A stretch of 41,458 bases of DNA, from the NCBI GenBank assembly GCA_003693705.1, contig RBZT01000488.1:1-41458 (forward strand), read 5' to 3'. Positions 23,777-36,200 of the stretch are shown piece by piece. Positions within the stretch are counted from its first letter, which is position 1. Each line of letters begins with the position of its first letter. The notes beneath the pieces are model-generated. The model made no database searches. It was given only the letters and a program-made list of their open reading frames with translations, and had not been told where the DNA came from. The DNA comes from Polymyxa betae A26-41. Its lineage: Eukaryota; Protista; Endomyxa: Phytomyxea. The position numbers were made by a program, and so were the translations under genes.

Positions 23777-26022
23777 AACTGATTGTCCATACTTCACATC
23801 CAATACAAACATGTGCGGATATTCCTTATTTCAACGACCTCTTAGATCCCTTATTTGATTTTAACCTGAATATGGAGATTGATGTATAAATTGATCATAT
23901 CACTCTTCCCGTAATTGATCTCTAATTCAGATATTCGCTGACGATCGCTCCCATGAAATATTGAACACTCCGCCTCCTATTGGATCGTTACCAACATCTT
24001 TATTACACCATACAGAATCTGTTCCGGGTTTACCTCTATTACAGGAATCTATGAATGTAATGTTTCATTATCAACTAGAAGATCTTAATGCTGAGATTTC
24101 CATAATAAGAACGCTGAATCTGCATCCCGAAAACGTCCTCGTATTGAACAGCCATCATCGCCAATCGACAATCTGCATAGCTTCAATCATGATGTGACTG
24201 ATATCAATGATTATAACAGTGTCTGCAAGTTTCTGGTGAAAAAAATTGAAAAAATCCATTTTATCTCGCAGCATATTGACTATATAGCTCAGATCAAAGA
24301 CCCGAATGATGAGGAGCTTCAGTTTCTGTCTTCACAGCTCGTTGATGCAGGTCAACTCTCTAAAATTTTTCTTTTTACTTTATTTTTTTTAAATTTTTCA
24401 TTGTATTTTTACTTTTTATTTTTGATTATATCTTCACAGCTCGTTGGTGATGCAGGTTAACGCTGCATAAATTTTCATTTTTTTTTTATTTTATTTTAAT
24501 TTATTTGTATTATAATTTTTGTTTCTGTTTTCACAGCTCGTTAGTGATGCAGGTCAAGGCTGCATAATCTTTAAATTCAATTTTTAATTTTAATTTTTAT
24601 TTTTGTTTCTGTTTTCACATCTCGCTGGTGATGCAGGGAAACGCTCCATGAGCAGCCGTCACTTAATTATCAATGTGGAAGGACACGATCTGGATGTGAG
24701 CGAGATCAAAAGGATCCGTTATGCTCCGAGCACATTACCGAGACTGATTCTGATAGCGAATGTGTATCGGAAAGTGATCTGGGCCTCCCGCAAGGACGAA
24801 TGGCCTTTGCTCAAGGCTGGTTCCATAATACGGAACTGGATATATATGGTGTGTCGGCCAGTATTACGATGCTTGATTCAATGCTGTCAGAAAGATCTCC
24901 CTCTGTTTCAGAATCGCTGGGGGAATCCCTTCTGTCATGCGAAATTCTTCAAGAAATGCTCCAGAGACGAATGCCGATACAAACTCTCCGCTATCCGTCG
25001 ATCCGTAAATAAGGCAAATGTACAATTCGGCCTGCTGCGGTCGTTCTGCCGGAACTTCTGAATTTTTTTCGATTTTTGTGTCGAGAAGATCACAGACTAC
25101 ACTTCTCTGTGCGCTTTTCTGGTGAGATTTCTTCATATTGAATAGCGGAATCTCGACTTCAACGTTTCTTCAGAAAAAGCAGCCTGATGATGACGAATTC
25201 GCGTTTCTTACGGACAGAAACCTATTAACCCCAACAAGGGGTAACCAACATGCTGCAAGAGACCCGATTATCATCAACGTTTTTGGCGATCCGGTCGTAC
25301 TGACCGAAACGTCGGACATCGTCAGTTCCGAGACCACGTCGTTACAGAAGCTGATCTTGGTGGCCAGTTTATGTCTGAGAGTGGTTCGGGCCAAGATCAC
25401 CGACCCGAATCTGATTCTGAGACGGGAACGTTGTCGGGATTGGCTGCAGCGAATCTGTTACCCGATACTTTCCTGTGTTCGAATCTGCTGTCGGAACGAT
25501 CTTCGGGTTTTCCAGTCTCGATGGGGAAATCCGTTTCTGCATAGCCATTTTCGAGAGCTTTGTTCAAGGCGTATTGGCAAGAGCGATCGGTGCGGATTTG
25601 AGACGCTCATCACGTGTAAGAACGGGAGATACTCGATCCGGTCACAACTGGTTTCTGATAGACACGGCCTTGCTCATTGTGTATTGAGATATTCTCTGAA
25701 AGGAATTGAGACGGTATTACTGTGTTCAAGTTTACGAGAGTTTTCTGAATCTATCACAGATGATCATGCTGGAGTGTATTCAGCGACTGGATGGTTACAT
25801 GAATGCGTCGATTTTCACATCTTCATTTACTATGGAGGAATATCTCGGAGATTCTCTAATCCAATATTATACTGTCTTAAACAACATTGTAATAATGATG
25901 TCAATTATTTCTCTCATATATTTGGCCATTATATAGATCATTATCAATTTCGACAGAATTACTGTCCTGGACATACTGGACAATGTCCTGCTCTATTTGC
26001 AGTAAATGCTAACAGGTGTTAA
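23777..26022 (+). CDS. Hypothetical protein with three tandem copies of a Cys/His-rich domain; 5' end not resolved (more exons likely upstream)
   Basis: In-frame exons 23777-23883, 23931-24056, 24110-24350, 24637-~25004 and 25174-26022; RKRPR basic motif. Repeats: PVLRCLIQCCQKDLPLFQNRWGNPFCHAKFFKKC, PILSCVRICCRNDLRVFQSRWGNPFLHSHFRELC and PILYCLKQHCNNDVNYFSHIFGHYIDHYQFRQNYC. Confidence 0.7.
24322..24650 (+). repeat. Four direct repeats (~45-nt core, period 84-105 nt) with AT-rich spacers, spanning intron 24351-24636
   Basis: Core TTCACA(G/T)CTCG(T/C)T..GATGCAG|G(T/G).AA.GCT.CAT, with the GATGCAG ending at 24350, 24455, 24552 and 24636. Confidence 0.9.
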
Positions 26023-26601
26023 TCAGTAAAGAATTGTTCAATTTGACTCTACCTTTGTCGAAAGCTCCATTTGTTTCTATCAGGATGCTGTAGCCGCAAA
26101 GCGGGACCATAGACAAGTTTGTACAACGATGAGGATCGTGTTTTGATAGGAAGCAACGAATCACTCGTTAGGGTTTGCTGTAATAGAGAGGCGGATTGGA
26201 TGATTCATGTCTATTATGTGTCCAAAATGAGATTCGTCACTTGAGGGATTCTGGTCCATCACAACAAAAAAGGGACGAAAACGGTCAAAACCCTGATTCG
26301 GGAGATGATTGATAAAACCGATCTGCCGAAACCTATCCTCCGGCGCACAATCGATACAGAAACAGTCCCATCGAGCACGGACTCTGCAAGCAGGAATGAC
26401 CTATCGAGAGACGATGCGCTAAACTCGGGCCAGTACGGTTATCAGATCATCGCTAAATCTCTTTGTAATGTTTGACTCGAAGTTTTGGGTTGGACAATTG
26501 GGGGTCGGTACGACCCAATTCGTAGCGGTTCGCGAACAGCGAAACCTTGACGAGAACATTCGGCGGTGTTCGAGGATTAATGTCCAGGATCGTTGAACGC
26601 T

Positions 26602-27556
26602 TTAGAGCAGTTTCAGATGTCCTGTTAGGGTCTGCAGGAAGGATTTCGGGGCCGGGCCGATGGCCAGTACGGTCGCCGTATCCGGCGCGATCTGCGTCCG
26701 CCCGGCATCGTACACGACATAGGTGCAGAGACCGGCCTGCTCGGAACGGCTTTTCATCTCCATCCTGAGCGAGGCAACATTGGAGATTACGATACAATTA
26801 ACAGCAACAGGAAGCGTTATGTGTAAAAGAAATTGTGTAACATTCGAAACAACGAGCGTTGGAAACCAAACAATCTGCAATCAGAAATCGTTCAGATATA
26901 TCCTGAGATTCACGGACAGAAAAGATAAAACTGCAGAACAATAAAACAAAACCAGCAGAAAGTTCTTGATATAAAAAATATAAAAAGTTTGGAACAAAAT
27001 CGATATCGCCGCAGACATCAAGAATGGAATGAAGCGAAACATTCTGAATTGTTGGGCAAAGAGAATAAACGGAAAACGATGAGATGCAAAGCTCAGAGAC
27101 GTACAGCTCGGCTTCATCCTGAATCTGTAGGGCGACTTTCGCCTGACCGAACCCTTCCCAGGCCATCAGGTCGGCCGGGAATCGCCTTACCGCACGTCTG
27201 TACGCCCCCAGAGTCGCGTGCGCGCATTGAGCTGTAAAACATTTTGAAAAAAGATGATCATTTAAAAAAATATAAAAAATATGTGTATTGAATAGGAAAA
27301 GTTCGGGAAAATGTTGAAACAAATTGCGAATTCTGATTGTTGAAGGACAAAAGTAAAACAAAGACGTACTGGCCTGCTTGCCTTTGCCCATCTGTAGATC
27401 TTTTCGGACCAAGAGTGACATCTGGGCAGGGCCGCGGCGACACGGAGCAAGCGCCGGTGTGCCAATCCGTCTGGTGAATCGTGAGAGCCAGAACCCGAGC
27501 ACGGCCGAGCAGACGCCGGCGGCGGCCACCGTCATGAACGTCGCGCCGCTCGACAT
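26602..27556 (-). CDS. PTH2: Peptidyl-tRNA hydrolase 2 (PTH2/Bit1 family) with N-terminal membrane anchor, 3 exons
   Basis: [26 protein letters not shown]...W..FGQAKVAL...[19 protein letters not shown]...TGHLKLL; GT-AG introns at about 27369-27232 and 27104-26765. Confidence 0.93.
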
Positions 27557-27910
27557 TCCCCAACTGATGTTGAAGACGATAAGAGGGAATGAAAGGAGAG
27601 ACGCAGTTTTTCCAACTGCGCGCAACTTTCTTAAAAACTGCGCATGTTTCATTCAAGAAAACCTGAATCGCTTTCCCGAAGTTTCTCGTGCAAGTTCCGA
27701 GCCTTTTTTTAATGACAATAACCAATTTATAGCACAGCGAGGCGATAGATAAAGTATCCTTATTCTCTTTGAAACCCATTTCGCTATGTTTTAGGTCGCG
27801 TCTTCTGATTTTCTCTAAGATAACAGCCGCTGCCACAATACAATATCAGAAAATGTCATTCATGATTATCGATATCCGGATGTATTAATTTAGCGGAGTT
27901 CACAGGCCAA

Positions 27911-30425
27911 CTATGAAACGAAATCGTGCGCTGATTCGTCCGGCTTCGTCAGCGCCTCCGCATTATGGACCCTGTCCGGCGCCGTCGGCATCATCAGCGC
28001 CACGGCACGCTCCTCCATCTTCCGCCGCTTGTCCCCGGACATCGACGGAATTCGGAACGCCTTCTCCAGATCGTCCAGGAACTGTTTCATGGGCCAGTAC
28101 GAACAGACCAGGGCCACGGTCGACGCATCGCCATGATGACGCTCTGCAGGACGGTTTGCCGCGCGCCTCCATCGTGTCGTACTGCTCCTGGCTGACGGCC
28201 GTGAGACCAGGTACCCGTTGACCATCAGCGGGGGCAGTACGGCGTTCTCGCCGGTGAAGTACGACGAGATCGAGAGCGTGTTGGACTGGCAGCGAATCTG
28301 GACGCCGGTCTGGACCAGCCTGCCGTTCGTCTCGTACGACCTCTTGATGGAGTTCTCGAAGATGGGGGCGTTCGCTTGGGAGATGTCGACGTTGTATTCC
28401 AGCGTGGTTGCAGTCTGCATCACCAAGTCAGAGGAAACCCTAAAACCCTCAACCAGCAGCCTTTTCGTTTGCATTTTGAATTTGAGAAGACAATGGGAAA
28501 CAGACATCGAATAACCAACAATGAACGTTGGAACAATTCAGGCGATAAACGTTTAAGTGGAAATTTCAAGAACATTTCCAAAAAAAATTCTTGTTTGAGA
28601 ACAGACAAAGTGATGAAATTTCTACAGGGAAACGCGTTGATATGAATAAAAAGAGACTCTTTCTGAGGTTGAAGATTAGTTAAAATGATAAAGAAAAAAT
28701 TAGAGTGAAAAAATTCTAGACGAAAATTCAATTTTTTTGAAAAATATGAATTCCAGATACCTTCCAGACAGAAGTAAGAGCAGCGAACCTCCCACGATAT
28801 CTGTCCCATTCGTATAAGCCTGTTTACGACTTGTTAGGGTTTAGGGTTTCTGATACCAGCAACCTCTCTCACCTCCATATCCAGTTCCGAACGCATTCAC
28901 GATATCACCCCAGACCGACGTCTTCCCGTTAAAGATTCGGATACAGATCAGAGCTCCCACCAGCTCATCTGTTACCGTAACGTTAGAAGCGTCATCTATC
29001 TGTAACGCACGTTACCATTCGAGGTCACAGGCGCGGCCTCCATACGAAGAAACGCGGGCGGGTTCGTACTCGCGAACGTCGACGGCGTGAAGGTATTGAC
29101 AACGGCGGGCTGTCAGTACGTTAATGTGATGAAGGGACGCCACTCCGATTCGGTCTGATTCTGATAGTATTTCATGACGCCCAGATTCGGGAATGTTTGC
29201 CCCTCCGACGATGGGTGAGTGCTGGCCACCACAATCGAATTGTTAAAAGTACATTCTCTGAAAAGATATTTCATGAAATATTTTCAAAAATATATCACCC
29301 CGATGTGATTAGTTTCAAACGAAATAAAAAAAATGGATCTTCAAAACAAAAATGACAAGAAAAGTGAAGGAGACACTGGGAACGCCGTAACAGAGTGCGC
29401 AGGAAGCCAGGCCGGACCTGTTCTGACGTCTGCGGAAACTGCTGGTGAAAGTCCGTGATGATCGAGTTCGGGTTGAACTCATGGCCGTGCGCCGTACTGG
29501 ACCCGGCTGTACTGACGATGGTGCCGGTAACGTCGGTAACAAGAGCAATTCCAATGTTGCGGAGTTGGATGTCGTTTGCGAGATGCTGCTGCATGTCGGA
29601 CAGCGCGGCGTCATCTCCGGAGAGGGCACCGCAGGCGGTCATCGCGGATGTGTTGAAAGAATGAATGCTGGCTCCGAGAGCCTGCAACGTGTCACGTTAC
29701 CGAGTGGAGTTGGTATGGCAGGTAACGTACAAGGCTGTCGAAAATCTCGCTGTAACTGAATCGATAGAATCCCATTAGGTTGGTGATACGATCCTCAAAA
29801 GCGGAATGAAGGCTCTGATCGAGCCAGATCATCTGATATGTGAGCGCCCCTAATAGTATCAGATCTGCTATGATCACCACCAGTAATGTGCGCTTCTTTA
29901 CAAACGCCAGCTTATCGTTTTGCGAGTGCTGCAACAGAGCACATCGTCAAAACTCATAGAAACGCCGCCTGTCGGAAAGCATGCAATTTCCGCACTTTTG
30001 AAAGAAAAAGAAAACGCTGACTGGTAGCTCAAACTTGCGTCAGCCATTGTAACTTTTACAGTTGGTGAAAAGATGGATAAATTATTGCGTATGTTGCAGA
30101 TATCAGCTGACAACAAGTTGCGTAGTCAACAATTGACTTCAAAGCAAAAAACTTAAAAACAGCGTAATCAAAAACTGCGTTATCGAACATGTTTGCAATG
30201 GCCACAGAGGCAAATTTATGAACTCTCAATACGGAGACTTGTTGAAATGTGACGCACTTTCTTCTCGGTGGTTTCGCCATCCGACGATGGCTTCCCGGTT
30301 GACGATTTCTTGGACTCCGGCGATGTGCTGCTCGAGACGTGGCTGGAAGTGGCAGCCGGCACGATGGCGATCGACCCGGCGTACCGCGGCATTTGCGTGG
30401 ACATCTGCTCCGAAGCGAGCTCCAT
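27911..30425 (-). pseudogene. Decaying paralogue of the 6196-10382 Cache-like receptor gene
   Basis: Exons 1-3 (30425-30258, 29928-29731, 29681-29418) match the paralogue in length (56, 66 and 88 codons) and sequence. Equivalents of exons 4-9 are absent. In-frame TGA at 29115-29113 aligns with Trp (TLTNW vs TLTY*). Small indels in the last exon (~28120-28210) scramble TM4. Confidence 0.85.
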
Positions 30426-31707
30426 CAGGTTGCGGCTGTTGTGACGTGGACGACGGTCTTGACACGAGTATTACTGCATCTGTACGTCACGATCATGATC
30501 CGGCTTAGTGAGTTCAGAGATCGCGAGGTACAGGGTTGTTAGGCGTTATGAACGAATTCATTTGCCGCTCTACCCAGCCGCTTGTACTGCTAGTTGGCGG
30601 ATTCTCCTGGGTGTATTGTTCTCCAAAATGCAAAGAAGTGATTTTTCAACACTTGCAAAATTGCTTACGAATTCTCCACTCTTCAAATGTGGCTTATGGG
30701 TCGGTCGAGAGATTCAACACTGTTTGACTTTTGTCAATATCGATGCTTATTGGTAACAACTTTGGAAAAAGTTTGAATGAATTCAACCAAGCCAACTGCA
30801 TCCTAGCGATATTGCAAAAGCAGAAATTCCCTTTGCTGATTATGCAGAGCGAAATCGGCTTGATTAAGTCTGGCGTAGTTTCATGTGTTGGATCTGTGCT
30901 TAGGGACTATCGCTATTGTCAGGCAAATGTCAGCTTCGTCCTTCAACTTTCCAGAAGCATTTGATCGTTAAGTATCGCGTTGATGCCTTGATGGCTGTCA
31001 CAATTGTAAAATATTTTCTATTCCAGATCTAGCAATCTCCCAATTTTCTGTTTCAATTTCCTAACTTTTTTAATAAAATTAAAATCTATGGGTGCCTATC
31101 AGCTCATTTAAATCCCCAATCGTCTAAACTCATTATCGCCTCTAGACAACGTTTTCGCTTCACAGATGTCACGCTCTCTAATAGGTCATCAAATTTCTCT
31201 ATCGTCTGCATTCGTGATTGTCTTTTCGCAACCTTTCTGCTTTCTAATCTGTTCAAGTTTGCAGATGGGACGCTCTATTTACAGAATGGAATTCAAGGCA
31301 GCCGTTCGTGTCGCAAGACAAGCCATTCATTGTATTGATGATGTTTACTTATCGATGATCAAGAATTAATTTTTTGCCGCGAAAGCAAAACTCACTTGAA
31401 CAACACGATACTTATGGTGGCGCGTGCCTATCTCGATCTGACAAACCAAACTTAACATTGTTCTGGAAAGTGCTAGAAAAAAGTCATACAGCCTCAGTAT
31501 ATCACATCAATCCATCATTTGCCAGTTAAGAGATTCTGTCGTCAGCAAACACGACGATCGCCATCTGTGGCCCGGCCTCTGCTGCAAAGTGACGCAGCCA
31601 CCTCAAGAGTGGCTCCTCAAGAGAGAGCAACCCCGTCTTATTAGAGCAGCTCATCATAGTGGGCGGAGCAGCCTCCTTCTGTTCAACCAACCCTCCGATC
31701 ATTCATC

Positions 31708-32808
31708 ATGCAGGTTAAGGTCAGGACCGTTCAGGGTCAGACCCACACCATAGACGATGTCCCAGAGGACGCCACCGTCGCTGACCTTAAGGAGCGAGTC
31801 GCTTCCGAGCTTCAGGTTGCCATCCCCTTGCAGAGGCTGATCTTCGCCGGGCGGGAGTTGGCGCTGGGGACCGAGAGGCTGGCCACCAATAACGTCGTCG
31901 ATGGCTGCACTGTCCATCTGGTGGTTCGCCAGGCACCCGCGGCTGCCCAAGGCCAAGCTGCAGCCGCTCCCGCCGGCCAGCCTGGACAGGATTTCGTTGC
32001 CGTGCCTATCGATCAGGGCCAAATAGTACGCTCGTGATACTTTTATAGCTTCGAATTTCTCAATTTGTCAACCTTTCGTAATTTTTTGCTTGCTTATTAT
32101 CCTTTTCTTATCAAAAGTGCATTAAACGCTATCTGTTTTTCTATTGATAGCATATGAACCACTCGAGATCGTTTTTGTCGAATTATGCACTTTCTTTGTC
32201 TAATGTTTCTTCAAAGTTATTGGAAAATTTGTTGGAAAATCCAAATCTCGTTTGCATGATTTGCTTATGACATTTCTTGACAACTAATGGTGAAATCAGA
32301 ATGTCGATGTGCTAATGGCAACACTGTCTGAGCAAGGCTATGCAACTCTTCAACTGTCGCGAACCATCAAGATGTTCGCCATCATCGACTGCGTATTCTT
32401 GCTGCTGTTCAGTCTGGGCATGCCCATGATTTTAATCGCTATTCTTCTTCCGTTGGCGGGCTATCTAGGTGCCGCTTACTTTCGAGTGTCTGGCCTTTAC
32501 ATATATGGCATCTATGTCCTCGGGAATATGGCATTGCGAGCTTACCTGAACAGCGTTTCTTCTACCAATGCCTTCTTTCTCATTCTGAATACGTTTGGCA
32601 TCATACTCGAGGTTTCTTTGATTTTGTTTTTTATTTTTTTATTATACGAAACCGTTTTCCACAAGAATTCATCTTTCGTATACTGAGAGGATTGTTTGTC
32701 TTTCAGGCGTTGATACTGTTCCTCACACAAAAGCTAGTGTTCGCCATCAAGTCGATGACACCAGAGCAAGTTAATATATTGAGAGCAATTGAAAGGAATA
32801 GATCTTGA
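31708..32808 (+). CDS. Ubiquitin-like domain + multi-pass transmembrane protein, 3 exons (31708-32025, 32300-32611, 32707-32808)
   Basis: MQVKVRT..TVADLKERVA..QRLIFAGREL..VDGCTVHLVVR UBL fold without a C-terminal GG, an Ala/Gln linker, then about 4 hydrophobic helices. Confidence 0.88.
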
Positions 32809-33275
32809 ATCTGATCTGTCTTCATATTTATTATACTGAATGTCAATATACTGAATCTATTGTAATTGTTCAAAACTCTAACATTCGGGAAGTATCTATC
32901 AATGTTTTCAATACTTTCCCAATTTGTTTTTTACCTAAGGAAACAGGCTTTGAAACTCTTTCTCGAATCATTTTTTCCAAAAGCTTTTAGTATTACTTGC
33001 ATTTTTTGCAGTTAGATCAAGAATCGATAGAAAATATCTTCAAGGAAGATCACCTTTACAGTACCTCATATTTCTTAACACTTCTGACTGAATAGCATGG
33101 CGACAGCGAAATGGTGGCATCAGGTCGAAGAGCCTTCAACGGAATGGCACGAACTTCGCACCGATGAAGGCCTGACCTACTGTAGGCCCGATTCCGAATC
33201 CCTAAACACTAGCTGACGCGCACAGTTCACAATGTGCGAACGAACGAGACACGATGGGATCGGCCTCGTGAACTG

Positions 33276-36200
33276 ATGACCGCCGAGCATGAAGCTCAGG
33301 CCGGCGCCTGGGTCTGGCTTCCGGACCCCGTGGAATGTTTCGTTCCTGCCAAAGTCGAATCGCCAGGCAACGTTACCATTGTCATCGTTACCATTTTCTG
33401 ATATCAAACAGGCGGCCCTGGACAGAAAGCTGTGCTGCGGACGGAGTCCGGTCGCGCCGTTCAAGTAACCGCAAAGGAGCTCGGCAATATGGCGCCATTA
33501 TCTTGGCCTTCTCTGCAGCGAATCGTCTCAGATTTGACCCTGCTTGATGACATGAACCCGGCCCTGATTTTACATAATTTAAAGCAGCGATTCGAACGCG
33601 ACCAGGTTTGTAACAAAAACGAAGAAATGGAGCTCGGTTGATGATTGTCGTAGATTTACTCGAATATCGGGACGATTCTGATCTCTGTGAATCCGTATTG
33701 TCGCCTGAATCTCTACTCACCGGAGGTCATCGATCAATATGAGAACCGAGGACTGAAAGAGATGCCACCGCATGTCTATACCATCGCTCATGATGCAATT
33801 ACTGGCATTAAGGTCGGGGACTTACAGAACCACTTTAGGGTTTTGTAACATTACAGTTTCTTTGGATTTGTCCCTGATTGAAACATTTTTCAATTCTTCT
33901 CTAATTTTACAGTTTCACCTTGTATCATGCTTAGCCTTGTGAATGTTTGTTCAACAATACAGCTTTGATTTTGTCTTTAACATCGTTTCTGAAAATTGTT
34001 ACGTTACAGTCATGTTGGCTGTCACCAGTTCTACCTCAAAGTAACATTTCTATCATTTTACTGCTCAGATATTCAGTCCATTATCATACGTCTGCAAGGT
34101 TATTCAAAACATTTTCCGCAGGATTCAGCTACGAACCAATCCGTTATTGTATCTGGTGAATCCGGAGCTGGAAAGACAGAAGCTACGAAACAGGTACAGC
34201 TCAGGGCTCCATTGAACAGCGGATCTGCACCCGTATGACTCACCGAACAGGTGCTGTCGTACATCGCCGCCGTTTCCGGATCGACGGGAAACGTCGAGGA
34301 GAAGATTCTGCTGGCGAACCCGATTCTGGAGACATTCGGCAATGCCAAAACACTCCGAAACAACAACTCATCCAGGTCGACGCCGCTGTTCGAATGCACT
34401 TGCTGCATCACTTTTTTTAGTATTTTTTCAAATCTTTTCACTGTTGTCACTCGGGCAAAACCCTAAAACCCTAATGTCTTTCAATTACAGCTTAACCAAC
34501 CACTCCTTTAGGTTCGGAAAGTACATTCAAGTGTATTTGAACGCGCGCGGCGAAATCTGCGGCTCGACCACACAGGTACGGTGTTCAGCACCGCTGCCGT
34601 ACTGGCACCGCACCGATTTGAGTCTCTGGGGTAGAACTTTCTGCTGGAGAAGGTGCGCGTGGTGAATCCGGCGCCGAACGAGCGTAACTTCCACGTCTTC
34701 TACCAGATCACGGAGGCGTGCTCGGCTTCGGATCGGGCGCGATGGGGCCTGGGCCGCGCCGCCGACTATTTCTATACGGTCCAGTCGCAATGTACGACCG
34801 TCCCGGGAATCGATGATCATGCCGATTACAACGATATGCTACAGGTCAGAATGTTCTTGCTTTCGCCAAAAACCTTCTGATTGTTTGAGAAATTTCGTTA
34901 AAATTTCATCAGTTTTTCAGCCCCAAACATTCCCTGCGATTTGGGCCCTCACGAAGTTGAGACATGAAATACTTTCGCACATTTACAACCTTCGATCCTC
35001 GTTCACTTTCGCAAAAAATAAACAATTACTTTAAACTGTTTTTCTTGAAAAATTTCACGTTTTTCCGCAGTCATTGAAATCTTGTCGCGTTTTTGTTCAA
35101 CCACATTTTTCAAGTTGGCAAAATTTGGCATCTTTTTTTTTGTAGAATGTTTTCTGAATTTCCTGCAAAAAGTTCATCTCTGTTGGAATTGACTCGTTGC
35201 GGTTTGTAGGCGATGAAGGCGATCGGCGTGTCGGATGCAGAACGCGACCAGCTGCTACAGGCCGTTGCCGCCATCCTTCATTTGGGCAACGTCGTCTTCG
35301 AATCGATCGGCGATAAGCAATGCCGCATCGCCAACGCCGATTCGCTATCATGGGCTGCGTCGTTATTCGGCGTCGACGAGAAACGCCTCGAATTCGTCAT
35401 GACCAAACGAATGCTGAAAATCCGAGGTCGGCGACGACGCCGATCGGGTCGTACTGGTCCAATGATGATATCGTTTCGGCAGGTCAAGGCGATACGCAGG
35501 TGCTGTTGAGCGAAGAGCAGGCGTTCGAGGCGCGTGACGCGCTGGCCAAGTTCGTGTACGCCGCCCTGTTCGACTGGATGGTGGCGCGCATCAACAAATC
35601 GATGGCCGTGGCGGACTCCGAACAGGCCCATTGCCGCTCGATCGGCATTCTGGATATCTTCGGATTCGAGGTATCGAATTCTATCAAATGAGCTTTTTCG
35701 AAAAAAGTTTTTTTTTTTAAAAAAGTTTTTTTTTTTTTTAAGTTATTTTTTTTTAAAAAGGTTTATTTTTTTTTCAAAAAAGGTTTATTTTTTTTTCAAA
35801 AAAGGTTTATTTTTTTTTCAAAAAAGGTTTATTTTTTTCAAAAAAGGTTTATTTTTTTCAAAAAATATTGAACTTTTCGTACCTCAGTCTGACTTGTGGG
35901 AAAACCCTAAACCCTCAACTAGGTGTTTCAAATGAACTCTTTCGAGCAGCTCTGTATCAATTTCACGAATGAGAGGCTGCAGCAGTTCTTCAATGCCAAC
36001 ACGTTCAAGCTGGAGGAGGATCTGTACGCCGCCGAAGGCATCGCTTTCGACCACGTCGCCTTCGTCGATAATCAGCCCATGGTCGACCTGCTCACCAAGA
36101 AGCCGTACGGCATCATGAACCTCCTCGACGAGGAAGTCGTCGTCCCACAAGGTCACCGCAATCGTTTATTTTTCACATTTTCTGTAGACTCGAAAAAGTT

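Noticed and set aside
24322-24650. CRISPR-like repeat-spacer array
   Set aside because: Eukaryotic gene context, degenerate repeats, low-complexity AT spacers, no cas genes; the repeats coincide with splice sites.
28435-28849. Telomere-capped mini-element (C-strand tract left, G-strand tract right)
   Set aside because: The two tracts lie in different introns and enclose an exon (GLYEWDR...) that is collinear with the paralogue, so the segment is not an insertion.
29113-29115. TGA reassigned to Trp (alternative genetic code)
   Set aside because: Single case in a copy with other lesions; Trp is TGG elsewhere, and TGA terminates intact genes (16897, 32806).
31265-31369. Transposase HTH-like start (RSIYRMEFKAAVR)
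   Set aside because: Very short, with no TIRs or catalytic domain nearby.
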